A stretch of DNA of 64,000 nucleotides from a bacterium (GCA_037446635.1 JBBIIG010000009.1:1-64000), one strand, 5' to 3'; positions 18,832-28,804 are shown, counted from the stretch's first letter. Notes: generated by a model from the sequence alone, not told the origin. Program-made: numbers and translations.

Positions 18832-20088
18832 GTGCATAGAAATTATCAAAAAGCGATGGTTCGCGCGGGAATGGTTTTGAGTTTATTTTTGCTTCACGGT
18901 TTGGCGCGGAGCTGGTTATTGGAGAACCAAGATGGCCGCACGCCCCATGAAACCATCATCTATCTTTACAAACAACTGCAAGACAGCCTGAACGCCGACT
19001 CCGCCGCAAACCATCTCGAAAAGAATATTCTAAACATCGTCAACGAGCTTTTTGATGTTGAACGGCTGGCGCCGCAAGTTCTGCAGCAGCGCTGGACCGA
19101 GGCCGCGGCCATCGAGCAGCAGCGGGTCGTGGAAGCGATGAAACTATCTCTTGCCCGAGACATCCTGCGGCAGATTGACAAATACAAGGGCGTAAAAAAC
19201 CTGCCGACGTTAACGCTGATTTCGTTTTTTTTTAATGATAGGGTGTCCACCTTGAACTACACGGTTAGCGACGGCCAGCGCAAAATCAAGTTCACCGTTT
19301 TCATGATTCAATACACCGAGGGCGCGTGGAAAATCAGCAACCTCAAGTATGACGATGACAGCATCGTGCGTCATTATTACAGCATCTGCAAAAAAATAAT
19401 CGACAAGTATTCGCTTTCGAGCCTGATCGCTGAGTTGTCAGGCCAGGATTATGTGGTTTTGGAAGACTTTGAATCTTCGGAAGTAGGCGGCCTGCCGCAG
19501 GGCTGGAACTGGAAAAAGCAGGATGATGCAAAAAACAAACCCTATCAAGTTCGCGAAGAGAACGGCAATCAATATCTTGCGGCTGAAGACCGCGGCGAGT
19601 CGGTTATTTTAGGTAAAGACATCAAATGGGATTTAAAAACCTACCCCTACATCTCTTTCAAATGGCGTGCCCATCATATTCCCACAGGCGGCGATGAACG
19701 CTTTGGCAGAACGGTTGACAGCGCCGCCGGCATTTACATCATTTATAATAAAAAATTAGGCTTGATTCCGGAATCGGTTAAGTATGTTTGGAGCTCCACC
19801 CTGCCAGTGGGTTCGGCCATGCGCCGCAGCGGCACCGGGCGGCCGTGGATGGTGGTGGCCGACAGCGGCGACCAGAACTTGGGCGAGTGGCGAACCTATG
19901 TTTTCGACGCCCGCGAAGCTTACAGAAAAACCTTCGGCGGCGCGCCCCCCGATACCCCCATTGCCATCGGCATCCTCTCCGACGCCAACTCCACGAACTC
20001 CAAGGCGTTTGCCGACTACGACGATATTATCGCGTTGAAAAATGCCAATGCCGACTCCGGCATCAAGGAATTCTTAAAAGCTGAATAA
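18832..20088 (+). CDS. MlaC-like N-domain fused to a DUF3047-like domain
   Basis: FDVERLAPQVLQQRW...WKISNL (MlaC-like); KWRA, D..A.IY, KYVWS, GILSDANST (DUF3047-like); GTG start. Confidence 0.65.
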   Translation: MHRNYQKAMVRAGMVLSLFLLHGLARSWLLENQDGRTPHETIIYLYKQLQDSLNADSAANHLEKNILNIVNELFDVERLAPQVLQQRWTEAAAIEQQRVVEAMKLSLARDILRQIDKYKGVKNLPTLTLISFFFNDRVSTLNYTVSDGQRKIKFTVFMIQYTEGAWKISNLKYDDDSIVRHYYSICKKIIDKYSLSSLIAELSGQDYVVLEDFESSEVGGLPQGWNWKKQDDAKNKPYQVREENGNQYLAAEDRGESVILGKDIKWDLKTYPYISFKWRAHHIPTGGDERFGRTVDSAAGIYIIYNKKLGLIPESVKYVWSSTLPVGSAMRRSGTGRPWMVVADSGDQNLGEWRTYVFDAREAYRKTFGGAPPDTPIAIGILSDANSTNSKAFADYDDIIALKNANADSGIKEFLKAE

Positions 20089-20103
20089 GTCGAAAGGAAC
20101 GGA

Positions 20104-21480
20104 ATGGTTACTCGAGCCATTTTCGTGATTGCTGCAATGCTGTTGTGTATTCCCTCAAAAGGTTTCGTGCAGAATAATTCCCTGATTTTGGATCTGAAAA
20201 AATGTGAAGAGCTGGCTTGGCAAAATAATCTTTCCATCCACGACGCCGAATTAAGTCTGGATATTTCGCAAGCGAAGTTAACCCAGGCCTCCCACGCCCG
20301 CTTCCTGCCAAAATTTGAATTGCGAAATATTTGGGGGCCGAGTCCGCCGGCGCGTTTGGGGGAACTCGGACCGCACGGCGGCTTCGTGGTCTCGCCGGAC
20401 ACCGCGGTCGGGTTTGGGGATTTGCGGTACTTCACCCAGTTGGATATCGATTTGGTGCAACCCATTTTCACCTTTGGGAAATTGAGCGGCGCCGCTGCCG
20501 CCGCGCGCGCCGGCGTAGAAGCCGATGAAGCCAATTTAGAAAGCGAAAAAGAAAACGTGCGCCTGCAGGTGCGCCAACTTTACTGGGGGCTGGTTTTGGC
20601 CAAAGAACTGCTGCTGGTAGTGGAGGATGCCGACAAAGAGTTGGTCAAAGCCGAGAACAAAATTCAGGAAAAATTGCAGGAAGGCTCCGAGGAGGTTTCT
20701 CAGGTGGATTTGTTCAAGCTGCAAATTTTCAGGTATGAAATCAACAAGCGCCGGCGCGAGGCGTTGGATAATGTTAAAATCACCCGTTCGGCGTTGAAGG
20801 CCAGTCTCGGGCTGGCGGATGATCTTGAGATTCAAGTGGCGTCCGGATATCTCGACCCGCTGCCGACGCAAGTGGACAGTTTATCAACCTATCTCGAGAT
20901 GGCGCTGCAGAACCGCCCCGAGCTGCGCCGCCTGCGCGCCGGCATTCAAGCGCGTAGCGCACTGGTGACGGTTTCCAAAAGCGATTACTTTCCGCAATTC
21001 TTTTTGGGCGGCCAAATCAAATTCAACTATGCCAAAGATCGTTTCGACACCAATAATCCTTTTTTGTTTAACCAGACGAATTACTTTCGCCCCGGCGTGG
21101 TGGTGGGCGCCAGCTTGAATCTCAATTTTCTGCAAACCCGCGATAAAGTTCGCGTGGCGCAGGCCGAATTTTTGCAGCTTTCCCAAAAAGAAAAGCAATT
21201 GTTGGAGGGCATAAAATTGGACGTGCAAAAAAACTATTTGGAATTAACCCAGGTTGAACAGAACATGCTCGATAGCGAACGGGCGCTGAAAGCCACCGAC
21301 AATTGGCTGCGCTCGGTTACCATGACTTTTGATATCGGCGTCGGCGAAGTCAAAGAATTGATCGACGCCTTCCGCGCCAACGGCGCCATGCAGGCGGAAC
21401 ATCTGCAGAATATTTTCAAATACAACGTCGCCATCGCCAAATTAAGCAAATCAGTTGGACGGGATCTCTATCCCAATTAA
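20104..21480 (+). CDS. TolC-family outer membrane efflux protein
   Basis: Signal peptide, QPIFTFGK, ALQNRPEL, repeated OEP halves. Confidence 0.9.
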   Translation: MVTRAIFVIAAMLLCIPSKGFVQNNSLILDLKKCEELAWQNNLSIHDAELSLDISQAKLTQASHARFLPKFELRNIWGPSPPARLGELGPHGGFVVSPDTAVGFGDLRYFTQLDIDLVQPIFTFGKLSGAAAAARAGVEADEANLESEKENVRLQVRQLYWGLVLAKELLLVVEDADKELVKAENKIQEKLQEGSEEVSQVDLFKLQIFRYEINKRRREALDNVKITRSALKASLGLADDLEIQVASGYLDPLPTQVDSLSTYLEMALQNRPELRRLRAGIQARSALVTVSKSDYFPQFFLGGQIKFNYAKDRFDTNNPFLFNQTNYFRPGVVVGASLNLNFLQTRDKVRVAQAEFLQLSQKEKQLLEGIKLDVQKNYLELTQVEQNMLDSERALKATDNWLRSVTMTFDIGVGEVKELIDAFRANGAMQAEHLQNIFKYNVAIAKLSKSVGRDLYPN

Positions 21481-21498
21481 CGAAAGGGAAATCATAAA

Positions 21499-22089
21499 AT
21501 GAGAACGGCTAATCTAATGATCATAATGGCCATCCTGGCTTCTGCTCTTTTTCAATTCACTTTTGCCAATGATAACTCGCCGCTGGCAATTGTGAAAGCC
21601 CGCAACCAGAGCATCGATGGTATTTTAAAAACGGCGGGCGAGCCAGTTAGTCCGGAAACCAAAGAGAAACTCAAGCAGGTCATCAACGAATTTATGGATT
21701 TCAACGAGCTCTCCCGGCTGGCGCTGGGCAAATATTGGGAGCAACGAACCGAACAAGAGAAGAAGGATTTCGTCAACGTTTTTTCCAGTTTGATTAAAAA
21801 CTCCTCTGTGAAGAAGCTCGAAATTTACAAAGCCGATCGCCTGGCTTATAAGGAACCGGTGATCACCGGCGACAAAGCCACGGTCACCACGGTTGCATAC
21901 AAAGATCGCAAACATGTTGAGATTGTTTACAAGATGCACCTCGTAAACGGTCAGTGGCTGGTGTACGATATGGAGATCGATGGCGTGAGCACTGCCATCA
22001 ATTACCGTGATTCATTTTATAAAGAGATCGCCAAAACCTCGTACCAGGAAATGTACAAGAAGTTAGAAAAAAGATTAAATGAAGAATGA
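21499..22089 (+). CDS. MlaC/Ttg2D-family lipid-binding protein
   Basis: DFNELSRLALGKYW, WLVYDMEIDGVS...NYR. Confidence 0.9.
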   Translation: MRTANLMIIMAILASALFQFTFANDNSPLAIVKARNQSIDGILKTAGEPVSPETKEKLKQVINEFMDFNELSRLALGKYWEQRTEQEKKDFVNVFSSLIKNSSVKKLEIYKADRLAYKEPVITGDKATVTTVAYKDRKHVEIVYKMHLVNGQWLVYDMEIDGVSTAINYRDSFYKEIAKTSYQEMYKKLEKRLNEE

Positions 22090-22167
22090 CTGACACAAAA
22101 AGGAAATCTCACGAAAATTAAGTTCTAAAGTACGTTTAGTTTGGGGCCTTTTCAAAATTTTGTGATC

Positions 22168-22198
22168 GCCGCCTGCTTTTTGTTGGCGGCTTTTTTAT
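22168..22198 (+). terminator. Possible intrinsic terminator
   Basis: gccgcc...ggcggc stem followed by a T run. Confidence 0.5.
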
Positions 22199-22231
22199 TG
22201 CATTTCAGTCGATTAATTTTAAATTTTCGCT

Positions 22232-22912
22232 ATGAATTGTGATGCGGATTTGGCAGCCGAAGAGTTCGCCCGGGTTCAAAACATGTTGAAATTTGAGCGC
22301 GAGCTTTGGGGCCGAGGCGTGACGTGCGTCGCCGGACTGGATGAGGCCGGTCGCGGGCCGCTGGCGGGCCCGGTGGTGGCCGCAGCGGTCGTGTTTCCGC
22401 CGGAGGTGTTCATTGCCCAAATTGATGATTCAAAAAAACTTTCGCAGATTCTGCGCGAGGAGTTGTTTGATGTGATCATTCAGCACGCGTTGGATTTCGG
22501 CATTGGCCAGGCCGAGGTGGATGAGATCGACGACCTCAATATTTTGCAGGCCTCCTTTTTGGCGATGAAACGGGCGCTTTCAAAATTAAAGATGAAGCCG
22601 GAATATTTGTTGGTGGATGGCCGCGCCTTTCCCAATGATGACATTCCCTTCAAGCCCATCATCAAAGGCGACAGTTTGAGCTTTTCCATTGCCGCGGCCT
22701 CGATCCTCGCGAAGGTCACCCGCGACCGCATTATGTGTGAATATGATCGCGAATTTCCAGAGTATGGATTCGCCAGCCACAAAGGCTACGCCACCGCCGC
22801 TCACCTCGATGCCATCGCGAAATTCGGTTTTTGCCAAATTCATCGGCAGTCGTTTCACCCCAAGCGCTTCAGTCCGCAATTGAGTTTATTCGATGCCGAA
22901 GAAAACTACTAA
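22232..22912 (+). CDS. rnhB: Ribonuclease HII
   Basis: GLDEAGRGPLAGPV, DSKKL, IAAASILAKVTRD, HKGY. Confidence 0.97.
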   Translation: MNCDADLAAEEFARVQNMLKFERELWGRGVTCVAGLDEAGRGPLAGPVVAAAVVFPPEVFIAQIDDSKKLSQILREELFDVIIQHALDFGIGQAEVDEIDDLNILQASFLAMKRALSKLKMKPEYLLVDGRAFPNDDIPFKPIIKGDSLSFSIAAASILAKVTRDRIMCEYDREFPEYGFASHKGYATAAHLDAIAKFGFCQIHRQSFHPKRFSPQLSLFDAEENY

Positions 22913-23264
22913 ACAAGTTGGCAACAGGGGCGAGGATTTGGCCGCGAGGTATTTGCAGTCCAAACAGTATGAAATCATCGACCGCAACTACCGCTGGGCG
23001 CGCGGCGAAATCGACATTATTGCTCGTATTGAGGACACCCTCGTCTTCGTCGAAGTGAAAACGGCGCGCAGTGCCCATTTTGGCTCACCGCAAACCTGGG
23101 TGAATGCGCGCAAACGAATGCAAATTGCGCAGGTGGCACAGCGCTATTTGCAGGAAAAGAATATCGAGGAGGCGAATTGCCGGTTTGATGTCGTGGCGAT
23201 TCAAAAACAAGATGGCGGCTGGCACATCGAGCACTTTGAAAATGCCTTTTGGATTGAAGGATGA
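22893..23264 (+). CDS. yraN: YraN family (UPF0102) nuclease-like protein
   Basis: GNRGE, RNY, GEIDII, FVEVK, RFDVV. Confidence 0.93.
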   Translation: MPKKTTKQVGNRGEDLAARYLQSKQYEIIDRNYRWARGEIDIIARIEDTLVFVEVKTARSAHFGSPQTWVNARKRMQIAQVAQRYLQEKNIEEANCRFDVVAIQKQDGGWHIEHFENAFWIEG

Positions 23265-23596
23265 CAGCCACGAAAAGCAAAATCCATTCTTATATTTTGG
23301 AGATCGGCAAATGGGCGCTGGTGATTTGGCTGCTGCTGCCCATGCGTTCGGCCATGCAAGGCACGATCGAGTTCACGCGCGTTGGGCTGGGCGTCATTCT
23401 GTTCGTGATTTTTGTCGGCAAACTTTTATATGATGTGACCTATTTCCCGAAGCAGCATAAAAGTGAAAGCAGCGCTGGCAAAGATTTGATTTCGATGATC
23501 GGCATCGTTTTGGGAATCGCGCTGTTGGTTTTGCTGTTGGTGTTTTTTGTGGCGATGTATGTCATCAATTACATGTCCAGCACGAACATACGATAA
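23261..23596 (+). CDS. Small membrane protein (3 TM), unknown function
   Basis: Three hydrophobic segments; ATGA coupling to yraN. Confidence 0.75.
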   Translation: MTATKSKIHSYILEIGKWALVIWLLLPMRSAMQGTIEFTRVGLGVILFVIFVGKLLYDVTYFPKQHKSESSAGKDLISMIGIVLGIALLVLLLVFFVAMYVINYMSSTNIR

Positions 23597-23601
23597 CAAT
23601 C

Positions 23602-23629
23602 GTAGGGGCACGGCGTGCCGTGCCCCTAT
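23602..23629. repeat. REP-like GTAG palindrome
   Basis: GTAGGGGCACGGCGTGCCGTGCCCCTAT. Confidence 0.75.
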
Positions 23630-23656
23630 TACTACCATGAGATGGAGGCGAGTCGA

Positions 23657-24370
23657 ATGGATTTAAAAAACAAAATCGCGATTGTCACGGGCGCCGGCAA
23701 AGGCATTGGCCGGGCGACGGCGCTGGCGCTGGCCAAAGAAGGCGCCAACGTGGCGGTGGCTTCGCGCACGATGACCGATTTGCAGAGCCTGGCCAAAGAA
23801 ATTGGCAACGTGGGCAGAAAGGCGCTGCCCATAGTAGCGGATGTCTCCCGCGAAAACGACATCAAAAAAATGATCACGGAAACCGTCAACAAATTTGGCG
23901 GCATCGACATCCTCGTTAACAACGCCGGCCTCGGATATTTTGGCCGCGTGGAAACACTCACCACCCAACAGTGGGACGAGATGTTTGAAGTGAACATGCG
24001 CGGGCTTTTTCTCTGCACCCGCGAAGCGCTGCCGCATCTCAAACGCAAGCCGGAAAGTTTTGTCATCAACGTGGCGTCGCTGGCCGGCAAAAATGCCTTT
24101 GAGGGCGGCGCCGGCTACGCCGCCACCAAATGGGGCGTGCTGGCGTTTTCCAAATGTTTGATGTTGGAAGAAAGAAAGGCGGGCGTGCGGGTGCTGGCGA
24201 TTTGTCCGGGTTCCGTGGCGACGCATTTCTCCCATTCGTCGCCGAAGTCAGACCCGGAGAGCGGAAAAATTTTGCTCCCCGAAGACGTGGCGCAAACCAT
24301 CATCGCTGCGATTAAACTACCGCAGCGGGCGATGGTGAGCGAGATCGATATTCGGCCCACGAATCCTTAG
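23657..24370 (+). CDS. SDR family oxidoreductase
   Basis: TGAGKGIG, NNAG, YAATK; GGAGG RBS before ATG 23657. Confidence 0.93.
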   Translation: MDLKNKIAIVTGAGKGIGRATALALAKEGANVAVASRTMTDLQSLAKEIGNVGRKALPIVADVSRENDIKKMITETVNKFGGIDILVNNAGLGYFGRVETLTTQQWDEMFEVNMRGLFLCTREALPHLKRKPESFVINVASLAGKNAFEGGAGYAATKWGVLAFSKCLMLEERKAGVRVLAICPGSVATHFSHSSPKSDPESGKILLPEDVAQTIIAAIKLPQRAMVSEIDIRPTNP

Positions 24371-24476
24371 TTTACAAGTGTTCTATGTCAAAAAGTGACT
24401 TGAAAATTCGAGTGTCGAAATCCGAAATAGGAAACAAATTCCAAAATGTCTAATATCAAAATAATATTTTTGCTAA

Positions 24477-25487
24477 ATGATTCTTGATACCATAAAACGT
24501 CCCCTCACCGATCTCCGCATCTCGGTCACCGACCGCTGCAACTTCCGCTGCCACTACTGCATGCCGTCGGACATTTTCGGGCACGATTACGTCTTCCTTC
24601 GCAAACAAGAAATCCTCACCTTTGAGGAAATTACGCGTTTGGCGAGAATTTTTGCTCAGCTCGGCGTCAGTAAAATCCGTTTGACCGGCGGCGAGCCACT
24701 GCTGCGGGCGGACCTCGAGGTATTAATCAACAAACTGTCGCAGATTCCGGGAATTAAGGATATCGCTCTCACCACCAACGGCTATCATTTGCGAGAAAAA
24801 GCCCGCGTGCTTCGCCAAGCCGGGTTGAGTCGCGTAACCATCAGCCTCGATACTCTAAAGCCCGAGGTTCTCAAAAATATAGCCGGCGAGCATCTGGAAC
24901 TCAATCGGGTTTTGGATGGCATCTCGGCGGCGGTGGAGGCCGGGTTCGCGCCGGTCAAGCTCAACGCGGTCATTCAAAAGGGCGTGAACGACAGCGAAAT
25001 AATCGATTTAGCGCGATTTGCGAAAAAGAACAGCCACGTTTTGCGCTTCATCGAATACATGGACGTGGGAACGTTGAATGGCTGGCGTATGGATCAAGTG
25101 GTGCCAGCGCGCGAGATTCTCGCAGCGATCACTTCGGAAATAGCAGTAGAACCAATTGACAAAAATTACCGCAGCGAAGTGGCGAACCGCTATCGTTACC
25201 TTGATGGCAGCGGCGAATTTGGCATCATCTCATCCGTCACGCAGCCATTTTGCGGTGACTGCACCCGCGCCCGGCTCTCCGCCGACGGCAAAATCTACAC
25301 GTGCCTTTTTGCACAACACGGCTTTGATATTAAAACGCCGCTGCGTGACGGTGCCTCAGACGAGGAACTGACATCGCTGATGATTTCCATTTGGCAGAAA
25401 CGCACGGATCGCTATTCCGAGGAACGCACGGCCAACACCGGCAAGCCGTCGCCGCGGAAAGTTGAGATGTATCACATTGGAGGATGA
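24477..25487 (+). CDS. moaA: GTP 3',8-cyclase
   Basis: LRISVTDRCNFRCHYC, FCGDCTRAR...C, C-terminal IGG. Confidence 0.97.
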   Translation: MILDTIKRPLTDLRISVTDRCNFRCHYCMPSDIFGHDYVFLRKQEILTFEEITRLARIFAQLGVSKIRLTGGEPLLRADLEVLINKLSQIPGIKDIALTTNGYHLREKARVLRQAGLSRVTISLDTLKPEVLKNIAGEHLELNRVLDGISAAVEAGFAPVKLNAVIQKGVNDSEIIDLARFAKKNSHVLRFIEYMDVGTLNGWRMDQVVPAREILAAITSEIAVEPIDKNYRSEVANRYRYLDGSGEFGIISSVTQPFCGDCTRARLSADGKIYTCLFAQHGFDIKTPLRDGASDEELTSLMISIWQKRTDRYSEERTANTGKPSPRKVEMYHIGG

Positions 25488-25499
25488 CCTAAATTCAAC

Positions 25500-25528
25500 T
25501 TGATTTTCGCCGATGAATCACCTATAAT
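25500..25528 (+). promoter_or_regulatory. sigma70 promoter for nfuA
   Basis: TTGATT-17 nt-TATAAT. Confidence 0.65.
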
Positions 25529-25560
25529 AAAATGGTTTTGAACGAAATCAGGAGGCACGA

Positions 25561-26148
25561 ATGTTAACGATTACCGACAACGCGCAAAATAAATTCCGCG
25601 AAGTTCTGGCTGCGGAGAACCGGCAGGGGCAGGGCATCCGCATGACCGCCAAGCGCGGCATGTCGCCGTTTTCCGTTGATTACGGACTTTCTTTTGTCGA
25701 ACCCGGACAGGATCATCCCGCCGACAAAGTTTTTGATTTTGACGGCTTCAAAGTTTATATCGATCCCCAAAGCTTTCCGCTGGTGGAAGACGCGACAGTG
25801 GATTACGTGCATGGCTTGAGCGAAAGCGGTTTTAAGATCACCAATCCACGCATGTCGGCACCACCTGCGCCCACCGGGCCGATCGCTGAAAAGATTCAGC
25901 ACATCATCGACACGCGCATCAATCCGGCCATCCGCGCGCACGGCGGTGTGGTGTCGCTGGTGGATGTGAAAGATAAAATTGCGTATCTGCGATTTGGTGG
26001 CGGCTGCCACGGCTGCGGCATGGTGGATGTGACTTTGAAGCAGGGCGTGCAGGTTATGATCAAAGAGGCGGTTCCAGAAATCGAAGCGGTGATGGATATC
26101 ACCGACCACGCCAGTGGGAAGAATCCGTATTATCAGTCGGCGCGCTGA
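25561..26148 (+). CDS. nfuA: Fe/S biogenesis protein NfuA
   Basis: Degenerate A-type N-domain plus NifU C-domain (HGG, GGCHGC, TDH..G.NPYY). Confidence 0.9.
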   Translation: MLTITDNAQNKFREVLAAENRQGQGIRMTAKRGMSPFSVDYGLSFVEPGQDHPADKVFDFDGFKVYIDPQSFPLVEDATVDYVHGLSESGFKITNPRMSAPPAPTGPIAEKIQHIIDTRINPAIRAHGGVVSLVDVKDKIAYLRFGGGCHGCGMVDVTLKQGVQVMIKEAVPEIEAVMDITDHASGKNPYYQSAR

Positions 26149-26225
26149 CCAATTCAATTGCTGTGGCAGTATAAATAGAGCAAAGAGCGTAAAGCGATTT
26201 ACGCTCTTTGTATTTTTGTCGAAAT

Positions 26226-26253
26226 GTAGGGGCGTATGGCCATACGCCCCTAC
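26226..26253. repeat. REP-like GTAG palindrome (perfect, 28 bp)
   Basis: GTAGGGGCGTATGGCCATACGCCCCTAC. Confidence 0.8.
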
Positions 26254-26307
26254 TGAAGCATGGTGGAGAGACGCCGTCAGCCTTCGGCTTTTTGGGTTGA
26301 TGCAAAA

Positions 26308-26994
26308 TTAAATTGTGAGCGTCGCGCCAAATGAAATGACTTTTGCTTCAAATCCCTTCGCCTTCACTTTTTGCACAAACAAATTCGGATCCGCATCGAT
26401 GACGTCAAAAGTTTTGTAGTGCATCGGCATAACTAATTTTGGATTCAGCAATTCCACCGCTTTCACGGCGTCGTCAATGCCCATGGTGAAATTATCTCCG
26501 ATCGGCAGCAGCGCCAGATCAATCGGATTCATTTCGCCAATCAATTTCATGTCGTAAAACAGCGCGGTGTCGCCGGCGTGATAGATGGTTTTGCCTTCCA
26601 CAAAAAGCAGGATGCCGGCCGGATTGCCCATGTACAAAAATCCTTTATCAGTTTGATACCCCGAGCCGTGGTGCGCAATAGTGAGCTTCACGCGACCAAA
26701 TGGAAAGGCATGACTGCCGCCGATGTGCATGGCATGAGCATTTACACCTTGCGAGCCACACCAGGTGGCGATTTCATAATTGGCGATCACCGTGGTTTTG
26801 TTCCGTTTCGCAATTGAAATTGCATCGCCGATGTGATCGCCGTGGCCGTGGCTGATGATGATATAGTTGCATTTCACTTCATCCGCTTTAATAGGCGCCA
26901 GCGGATTGCCCGTAAAAAACGGATCAATCACAATGCGGTGGCCATCGGTCTCCAGCGAAAAAGCCGAGTGTCCGAAATAGGTTAACGTCGCCAT
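26308..26994 (-). CDS. UPF0173-type metal-dependent hydrolase (MBL fold)
   Basis: GHSAF, IDPF, SHGHGDH, YHAGDT, PIGDNFTM, PMHY. Confidence 0.92.
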   Translation of the reverse strand: MATLTYFGHSAFSLETDGHRIVIDPFFTGNPLAPIKADEVKCNYIIISHGHGDHIGDAISIAKRNKTTVIANYEIATWCGSQGVNAHAMHIGGSHAFPFGRVKLTIAHHGSGYQTDKGFLYMGNPAGILLFVEGKTIYHAGDTALFYDMKLIGEMNPIDLALLPIGDNFTMGIDDAVKAVELLNPKLVMPMHYKTFDVIDADPNLFVQKVKAKGFEAKVISFGATLTI

Positions 26995-27015
26995 CGTGTC
27001 CTCCTTTCATAAGTG

Positions 27016-27570
27016 TCATACATGCTTTTGCGCTTTAATCAAATGCATAAACTCATCCCGTGTGGCTTGATTTTCCCGGAACACCCCCAACATAGCACTG
27101 GTGGTCACCACCGTGTTCTGCTTTTCCACGCCGCGCATCATCATGCACAAATGCCGCGCTTCGATGACCACCGCCACACCCTGCGGATTGAGGCACTCCA
27201 TCAAAATTTCAGCAATCTGGTTCGTGAGCCGCTCCTGCACCTGCAGCCGTTTCGCATAAGCATCGACGATGCGAGGAATTTTGCTGAGGCCCACCACTTT
27301 GCCGTTGGGCATGTAAGCCACGTGGCACTTGCCGTAAAACGGCAGCAGATGATGCTCGCACAAACTGTACACTTCGATGTCTTTCACGATCACCATCTCA
27401 TCGTAACGTTCGTTAAACAGCGCGTCGTTGATGATTTGGCAGACGTCAACTTGATAGCCGCCGGTCAGAAATTGCAGCGACTTCTCGACGCGCTCCGGCG
27501 TTTTGAGCAAACCCTCCCGTTCCGGGTTTTCGCCAATTTTATGTAATAGTTGTTTAATTAAATCGCGCAT
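27016..27570 (-). CDS. folE: GTP cyclohydrolase I
   Basis: [38 protein letters not shown]. Confidence 0.97.
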   Translation of the reverse strand: MRDLIKQLLHKIGENPEREGLLKTPERVEKSLQFLTGGYQVDVCQIINDALFNERYDEMVIVKDIEVYSLCEHHLLPFYGKCHVAYMPNGKVVGLSKIPRIVDAYAKRLQVQERLTNQIAEILMECLNPQGVAVVIEARHLCMMMRGVEKQNTVVTTSAMLGVFRENQATRDEFMHLIKAQKHV

Positions 27571-27628
27571 AAAATTCGTTTACTCCATTTAGTGTTCATT
27601 TCAAAAAGACAGATGCGTTCCATTCAAG

Positions 27629-27716
27629 ACCTCACCCCTTCGACAGGCTCAGGGCAGGCTCTGACTCTCTCCTAAAAAGGAGAGGGAACAAAGTCCCTTC
27701 CCCAAGGATGGGGTCC
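27629..27716. repeat. Composite stem-loop repeat (CCTCACCC...CTCTCC..GGAGAGGG family with an inserted CCTTCGACAGGCTCAGG unit)
   Basis: Similar to 62043-62118 but interrupted by a different short unit. Confidence 0.6.
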
Positions 27717-27791
27717 GCTTTACGCTCTGCGCTCTACTTTCCCGTCGTCATGATCGAGATCACAGAAAGCAAAATTAAAATTCCGACGATA

Positions 27792-28760
27792 CTAATGGTC
27801 AACAGCAGCAAGTGTTTTTTGGCGGTTTTCTTTTTGGTTTCTTCCATATAAGCGGCCCTGGTGGGTGTTGCGGCGTTCGAGTTCTTTTTGAATGGCGTAG
27901 ATGATCTCTGCGGCGCTTTTGCGCCAATTGGGCGCGATCAGCAAATCCAGCGGCGCCTCGCCGTAGAGCCGTTCGATGATGATGTCCGGATTCACCCGTT
28001 CCAGAAAGCGGCAGACAAACTCCACCCATTCATCAAACGAAAAAAGGTGAAATGGATGTTGCAGATATTGTCTGGCCATTTCCGTGTAGCGCACGATGTG
28101 CAGATTATGAATCTTCAAAAAGTTTAGCGGCAACTTGGAGATTTCGTCGGCGGTGATGAACATCTGCTCTGCGGTTTCATTCGGAAAGCCGAGGATGACA
28201 TGCCCAGCCACGTGCAGCCCGCGTTCAGCAGTCTTTTGAATGGCATTGACGGTGCAGGCGTAATCATGCGCACGATTGACGAGCCGCAACGTTTCATCGT
28301 GCACCGACTCGATGCCGTATTCGAGGGTGACAAAATAGTCGCGCTGAATTTGTTCGAACAAATTCAGCTTGGTGTCATCGATGCAGTCCGGCCGCGTGCC
28401 CACGGCAATGCCAACGATTTCCGGATGCGCGAGGGCTTCGGCGTAAAGTTTTTCGAGATGCGCGAGCGGCGCGTAGGTGTTGGAGTAGGGCTGAAAATAG
28501 ACGATGAAAGCGTGAGCTTTGAATCGCTTTTTCAAATAACCGATGGATTGCTGCACTTGTTGTTTCACCGGCATGCGGGCGCGGGCGGCGCGCGGCGTGA
28601 AGCTGTCGATGTTGCAGTACGTGCAGCCGCCGGTCGCCAGTGTGCCGTCGCGGTTGGGGCAGGTGAAACCGGCGTGCACCGAAATTTTGTGCACCCGGGT
28701 GCCGAAGGTTTCCTGCAAAAATTTGCCGTAGGAATTGAAGCGTAGTTCCGAAATTTTCAT
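27792..28760 (-). CDS. TIGR01212-type (YhcC-like) radical SAM protein
   Basis: GFTCPNRDG...GGCTYC, YFQPYSNTY, GTRPDC. Confidence 0.92.
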   Translation of the reverse strand: MKISELRFNSYGKFLQETFGTRVHKISVHAGFTCPNRDGTLATGGCTYCNIDSFTPRAARARMPVKQQVQQSIGYLKKRFKAHAFIVYFQPYSNTYAPLAHLEKLYAEALAHPEIVGIAVGTRPDCIDDTKLNLFEQIQRDYFVTLEYGIESVHDETLRLVNRAHDYACTVNAIQKTAERGLHVAGHVILGFPNETAEQMFITADEISKLPLNFLKIHNLHIVRYTEMARQYLQHPFHLFSFDEWVEFVCRFLERVNPDIIIERLYGEAPLDLLIAPNWRKSAAEIIYAIQKELERRNTHQGRLYGRNQKENRQKTLAAVDH

Positions 28761-28775
28761 TTTTGATGGGATACG

Positions 28776-28804
28776 GTAGGGAACGCATATTATGCGTTTC
28801 CTAC
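28776..28804. repeat. REP-like GTAG palindrome overlapping the DJ-1 stop codon
   Basis: GTAGGGAACGCATATTATGCGTTTCCTAC. Confidence 0.7.
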
